This document shows positions 59,759 through 64,000 of a DNA stretch of 64,000 bases, piece after piece (the first letter of the stretch is position 1; every line of letters begins with the position of its first letter). A model generated the notes under the pieces. That model saw nothing but the letters and a program-made list of their open reading frames with translations, had not been told where the DNA came from and did no database searches. Source of the stretch: Smithellaceae bacterium (lineage in GTDB: Bacteria > Desulfobacterota > Syntrophia > Syntrophales > Smithellaceae); NCBI GenBank assembly GCA_963667845.2, contig CAXXVL010000001.1:640001-704000 (forward strand). Reading direction: 5' to 3'. Position numbers and translations under genes: made by a program.

Positions 59759-60697
59759 TCAATTGAAAATCGTTTCCGGCTTTATCCGGTAGCCGCGCAG
59801 AAAATCGCCGATCGGCATTCTTTTTTTCCCGGCCAGTTGAACCTCTTTCACGAGCACATGACCGTCGGAAGCCGCAACCGGTAAACCGTCGGCTGAGGCC
59901 TGGCCAACGGTACCGGCGGGCCCGTCGACACGCTGGGCCCGGGCTTCGGCCAGATATATTTTCAAAGTCTGTCCGTCCAGAAGTGTGTAGGCTGCGGGCG
60001 TCGGGCAAAGGCCGCGGATGAGGTTGACGATCTGGTGAACGGGGTCGCTCCAGTTGATTCTTCCGGTTTCTTTGGTCAATCGTGGAGCAAAAGTTACGAG
60101 CGAAGGATCCTGCTTTCGTCTCTGAACAGTGCCGGAAGCAACCTGTTCCACCGTTTTGAGGAGCATCGTCGCGCCGAGATCGGCCAGCCGGTCGTGCAGC
60201 TCGCCGAAAGTTTCCATCGTGCGGATTTCCGTTGATTCCTGCAGCAGAATATCGCCGGAATCCATGCCTTCATCCATCAGCATGATGGTTACGCCGGTTT
60301 GCGTTTCACCGCGGATGATGCTCCAGTTAAGCGGCGCCGCGCCCCTGTATTTTGGCAGAAGCGACGGATGGATATTGAGACAGCCAAGCGTCGGAAAATC
60401 GATGATCGCTTTGGGCAGAATCTGACCGAATGCCGCCACGACAATCATATCGGGATTGAGCGTATGAAGGATTTCCAGAAAACGCTGCCCTTTGACTTTC
60501 TCGGGCTGCCAGACGGGCAGGCCCAGTTTGAGGGCAAGGCTTTTGACCGGCGGTGCAATCTCTTTTTGCCCGCGCCCTGATGGACGATCCGGCTGTGTGA
60601 CGACTCCGATGATCGGATAAGAATGGCTGGTGAGCCCATCGAGGGCGGGCAGGGCAAAGGCCGGAGTGCCCATAAAAAGGATCCGCGGTCTGGTCAT
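59759..60697 (-). CDS. fmt: Methionyl-tRNA formyltransferase
   Basis: FMGTP.FA, VVTQPDRP.GRG, NIHPSLLPKYRGAAP, MDEGMDSGD. Confidence 0.98.
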   Translation of the reverse strand: MTRPRILFMGTPAFALPALDGLTSHSYPIIGVVTQPDRPSGRGQKEIAPPVKSLALKLGLPVWQPEKVKGQRFLEILHTLNPDMIVVAAFGQILPKAIIDFPTLGCLNIHPSLLPKYRGAAPLNWSIIRGETQTGVTIMLMDEGMDSGDILLQESTEIRTMETFGELHDRLADLGATMLLKTVEQVASGTVQRRKQDPSLVTFAPRLTKETGRINWSDPVHQIVNLIRGLCPTPAAYTLLDGQTLKIYLAEARAQRVDGPAGTVGQASADGLPVAASDGHVLVKEVQLAGKKRMPIGDFLRGYRIKPETIFN

Positions 60698-60877
60698 GGA
60701 GTTACTTCCTTGCTGTTTTTTGCACTCTATATGGAATTAACTGAAGCGTGTCAAGAATTACCGTGACCGGCGGTATTATTGCATTTTTGCTATTGTCAAT
60801 TTGCCTGTCCTGTTTTATATTAAGATCAAAGAATGTCAAATTACGGCAGGACGTTATTTCACGAAAGGAGATGGAGC

Positions 60878-61336
60878 ATGAAGACCTACGCTATCAAGTA
60901 TGTGGAGCTGGCGGAATTGCATGCGGAGAGAATGGCCAAGAGATGGGCAATGGACGTGCAAAATAACACCCGGACGAAAAAATACAAGGAGTTGGATGAA
61001 GAATGGATCATCAACCAGGGGATCAAATTTTATCAGAATTTCAGTAAAATGTTTGCCGAAGAAAAAATCAGTGAGACGACATTGAAATATTTTCGTACCT
61101 ACGCAGAGGAAAGTTTCTCTATGGGAATTCCCATGGACGAGGCGGTCTATGCGCTCATTCTGTTAAGGCGCCACATCTGGCTGTATGCCGAATTCCAGAC
61201 CATCTTCAGTTCCGGCATCGACCAGCGGCAGGCGCTGGATACGTTAAGCCGCACGATTCTATTGTTTGACTACGCGGTATATGAGGTCACGAAGGAATAC
61301 CAGGAATTGCTGAAGAAGGCCAAAGGCAAAAAATAA
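60878..61336 (+). CDS. Stand-alone RsbRD-N / histidine-kinase N-terminal-like helical protein, paralog 1
   Basis: A.RW..DV..N..T..Y, GIP..E..YAL.L.RRHIW, FDYAVY...Y. The family call is from pattern memory only. Confidence 0.65.
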   Translation: MKTYAIKYVELAELHAERMAKRWAMDVQNNTRTKKYKELDEEWIINQGIKFYQNFSKMFAEEKISETTLKYFRTYAEESFSMGIPMDEAVYALILLRRHIWLYAEFQTIFSSGIDQRQALDTLSRTILLFDYAVYEVTKEYQELLKKAKGKK

Positions 61337-61382
61337 TTTCCATTTCCTTGTACGCTCGATCATTGGAGGAAGGAGAATAAAA

Positions 61383-61838
61383 ATGGTAGAATCGATTAAG
61401 CTGCTGGACGTGCTGGAAGCGAATATTGATGAAATAGCGGGACAGTGGGCCGCTGACGTCAAGAAAAACAAGAGAACCCCGCATTACCAGGATATTCCTA
61501 CCGAGAGGCTGGTGCTCCAGGCGATCAAATTTTACAGCCAGCTGAGAAACATGCTGATTGCTCCCAATCGTTACGAAAAAGCGCAGGAATTCTTCATGCA
61601 TTACGCGAGGACGTGCTATGAAAGCGGCGTTCCCCTGCACGAATCGATTTACGCCTTGAACATGATGCGGCGGCACATGTGGCTTTATGCGGAGTTTCAG
61701 GCGATCTTTATCAACGCCATTGAACACCATCAGGCGATTGACAGCGTCATGAGAATCATGCTGCTCATCGACTATGCCGTCTATGAAATTACACAGTACT
61801 ATCAGGACCGCATTCGGCTGGAGCAGAGGGCATCTTAG
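61383..61838 (+). CDS. Stand-alone RsbRD-N-like helical protein, paralog 2
   Basis: Colinear with paralog 1 (RRH.WLYAEFQ.IF, DYAVYE.T). AAGGAG SD. Confidence 0.65.
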   Translation: MVESIKLLDVLEANIDEIAGQWAADVKKNKRTPHYQDIPTERLVLQAIKFYSQLRNMLIAPNRYEKAQEFFMHYARTCYESGVPLHESIYALNMMRRHMWLYAEFQAIFINAIEHHQAIDSVMRIMLLIDYAVYEITQYYQDRIRLEQRAS

Positions 61839-61854
61839 GGCCGACAGCTTTTAG

Positions 61855-61954
61855 TCAGCCACCTCGCAGCAAACTGTCGAGGTATGAAATGAACGTCATT
61901 ATTTCGCAGCAAGCGACAGGGAATTGACGCTCGTCCCGCGTGAGCGGGATTGAA
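61855..61954 (+). repeat. Dispersed ~100 bp triple-hairpin element, copy 5
   Basis: TCAGCCACCTCGCAGCAAACTGTCGAGGT...TCCCGCGTGAGCGGGATTGAA. Confidence 0.93.
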
Positions 61955-62018
61955 CACATCTGGCAAACGGCAGCGGGTCATTCCTGCTGCCGTTTTAGCG
62001 TGATAGGAGCAGCGGGGC

Positions 62019-63197
62019 ATTTTAAAACGAATCGTACATAAGGCGTCCATCCTGCCGAAGGATTTCCGCCTGTTCCTGGCCGCGACATTCGTCTTCGGGT
62101 TTTCCCAGAGCATTGTCGATTCCACCTTTAACAATTTCCTCAACGAAACGTTTTCGATCAGTGACTGGCAGCGGGGCTTTATGGAGCTGCCCAGGGAATT
62201 GCCCGGATTCCTCGTTATATTTTTTGCCGCGCTTTTCTTTTTTCTATGTTCCCGGAGACTGGCGGTTCTGGCGAATCTGCTGTGTGCCTTCGGGATTTTG
62301 CTGATCGGCTTTGCCTCTCCGGGTTTTTCCGTGATGCTCGTCTGGCTGTTTATCTTCAGCATCGGCCAGCATTTATTCATTCCGTTGAACCAGAGCATCG
62401 GGATGGAGCTGGCCGTCAAAGGTCAGGAAGGAAGAAGGCTGGGGCAGTTTTCCGCCGTGGCCAATCTGGCCATGATTCTTGGCAGCTTTGCCATTTTTCT
62501 GGGATTCAAATTCTTCCATATGACATTTCAGATTTCTTACGCCGTCGCCTGTTGCGGGTTTCTGACGGTTGCCGCACTTCTGTTTCGTCTGAAGAAAGAT
62601 CAGCCGTATGCCGCCCGCACGAGGTTTCAACTGCGCAAAGAATACAGACTTTTTTACTGGCTCAATATTTTGTACGGGACGCGCAAACAGATCTTTCTGA
62701 CATTTGCCCCGTGGGTGCTGGTAACGGTCTTCCATCAGAAGACGCAAATGCTGGCGACCCTTCTGGCTACCGGCGGCGTCATCGGCATTTTTTTCAAGCC
62801 GGTTTTAGGAAGAGCGATCGACAGGCTCGGCGAACGATTTATCCTGACGTCGGAAGCCGTGTTGCTTGTGCTGGTTTGCCTGGGCTACGGTTATTCACTG
62901 GCGATTTTTTCCGAGACTGCGGCCTTGATCGTTGCATCGGCGTGCTTCATTGCGGATCAGCTTTTAATGTCGGTCGGCATGGCTCGGGCGACCTATCTGC
63001 AGAAAATCGCCGTCCGCCCCGAAGACGTCACTCAGACACTCACCATGGGCGTCACGATTGACCACATCTTTTCCATCACCGTCGCGCTTATCGGCGGCCT
63101 CATCTGGGTGACCTGGGGCTATCAGTTTGTCTTTTTGCTGGGCGCCGCCATTGCCTGTGTGAACTTCTTTTCGGCATTGCGGGTTCAAACAAGATAA
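62019..63197 (+). CDS. MFS transporter; start inferred at ATT 62019 (ORF track start 62181 omits TM1)
   Basis: Multi-TM, GRAIDRLGER motif-A-like. The upstream in-frame segment encodes DFRLFLAATFVFGFSQSI...FNNFL. Confidence 0.85.
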   Translation: MLKRIVHKASILPKDFRLFLAATFVFGFSQSIVDSTFNNFLNETFSISDWQRGFMELPRELPGFLVIFFAALFFFLCSRRLAVLANLLCAFGILLIGFASPGFSVMLVWLFIFSIGQHLFIPLNQSIGMELAVKGQEGRRLGQFSAVANLAMILGSFAIFLGFKFFHMTFQISYAVACCGFLTVAALLFRLKKDQPYAARTRFQLRKEYRLFYWLNILYGTRKQIFLTFAPWVLVTVFHQKTQMLATLLATGGVIGIFFKPVLGRAIDRLGERFILTSEAVLLVLVCLGYGYSLAIFSETAALIVASACFIADQLLMSVGMARATYLQKIAVRPEDVTQTLTMGVTIDHIFSITVALIGGLIWVTWGYQFVFLLGAAIACVNFFSALRVQTR

Positions 63198-63278
63198 TGT
63201 AGATTACCGTCATTGTGCCGGGTCCTTGTGACTCGACTTTTTTCTAAAAAATACAAAAAAACAAAGGAATCAGGGCTT

Positions 63279-64000
63279 ATGGAAAACTATCTGGTCAAGA
63301 TTATTTGCATGGTACTGGTCATTGTCTTCTTATTTATAAGCAAAAAAATCGCCGACGTCATCACGCGGTTTGACGATGACGCATTAATCAGCCAAAGCGG
63401 CAATCTGGCGGTTGCGCTCAGGCGTTTCGGCGTCTTTGTGGGGATCTGCATCGCCATGCAGGCACTGATTCCGGATGTGGCCTCCTATCGGGACATAGGA
63501 TCTTTCTGCGTCTATTCTCTGATTGTGGTGGTCATCTTTTTTGCCGCGCATTTTATCAATGATTTTGTCATTGTGCCCAAAGCCTCCAACAATGAACTGG
63601 TGAAAGCGGGTAATGTGGCAACGGGCATTATCGAGGCGGGTGCTTTCATTGCCACCGGCTTTCTGGTCAACGGCGCGTTTTCCGGCGACGTTGGCGGCAT
63701 GATCACCGCGGTGGTGTTCTTCTTTCTGGGTCAGATCGTCATGATCGCGGCGATTTTTCTTCACGAAAAGATCTACCGCTTTAACGTCACCGAGTGTGTG
63801 CAGGCGGGCAACGTGGGCGCCGGCGTGGCAGTGGCCGGACTTCTGGTGGCCTACAGCATTATTCTACGCGCCAGTATTGCCGGGGATTTTACAGGCTGGT
63901 TAAGCAGTCTTTCAGCCTTTGCCATTAGCGCCGTCACCGGAATGATCGGCCTGATCATTTTTGAGCGGATTGCCGCGTTGATTTTTCTGCCCAGAACATC
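63279..64000 (+). CDS. DUF350 family membrane protein (partial, runs off the right edge)
   Basis: Open frame from ATG 63279 to the window end with repeated GNLAVA / GNVATG / GNVGAG motifs between TM pairs. Absent from the ORF track. Confidence 0.85.
   Translation, partial: MENYLVKIICMVLVIVFLFISKKIADVITRFDDDALISQSGNLAVALRRFGVFVGICIAMQALIPDVASYRDIGSFCVYSLIVVVIFFAAHFINDFVIVPKASNNELVKAGNVATGIIEAGAFIATGFLVNGAFSGDVGGMITAVVFFFLGQIVMIAAIFLHEKIYRFNVTECVQAGNVGAGVAVAGLLVAYSIILRASIAGDFTGWLSSLSAFAISAVTGMIGLIIFERIAALIFLPRT

Noticed and set aside
1..64000. Prophage, integrase/transposase, anti-phage defence genes, rRNA or tRNA
   Set aside because: No ORF or RNA with the relevant signatures was recognised in either strand.

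Overview
A 64 kb chromosomal window from an anaerobic deltaproteobacterium. Gene content and order suggest Syntrophales (Smithella/Syntrophus-like); this is an inference. Housekeeping blocks are rplU-rpmA-obgE-proB-lemA-M48-RNA methyltransferase, yebC-ruvCAB-queH, lpxC, DUF4390-ntrY/ntrX-like, and fmt-rsmB-MBL-purC-dnaJ. Accessory blocks are hypA-hypB plus a convergent second hypA and Fe-S gene, an ankyrin/lipase lipoprotein pair, three chemoreceptors plus a free Cache protein, and an organic-acid uptake/CoA-activation region (Liv-type ABC transporter, BbsEF-like CoA-transferase pair, carboxyltransferase, TetR, SDR, two duplicated binding proteins). No rRNA, tRNA, CRISPR array, transposase, integrase or phage gene was recognised. 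The most notable observations are: (1) five copies of a ~100 bp triple-hairpin non-coding element; (2) a divergent pair of glutaminase-less amidotransferase synthase subunits (GuaA-C-like and HisF) sharing a promoter with a 40-bp-periodic motif; (3) an 84 bp hairpin-rich tandem repeat that duplicates a gene 3' end; (4) an MFS gene that appears to start at ATT; (5) two gene remnants missed or truncated in the ORF track. All product calls come from motif recognition by eye, not database searches.
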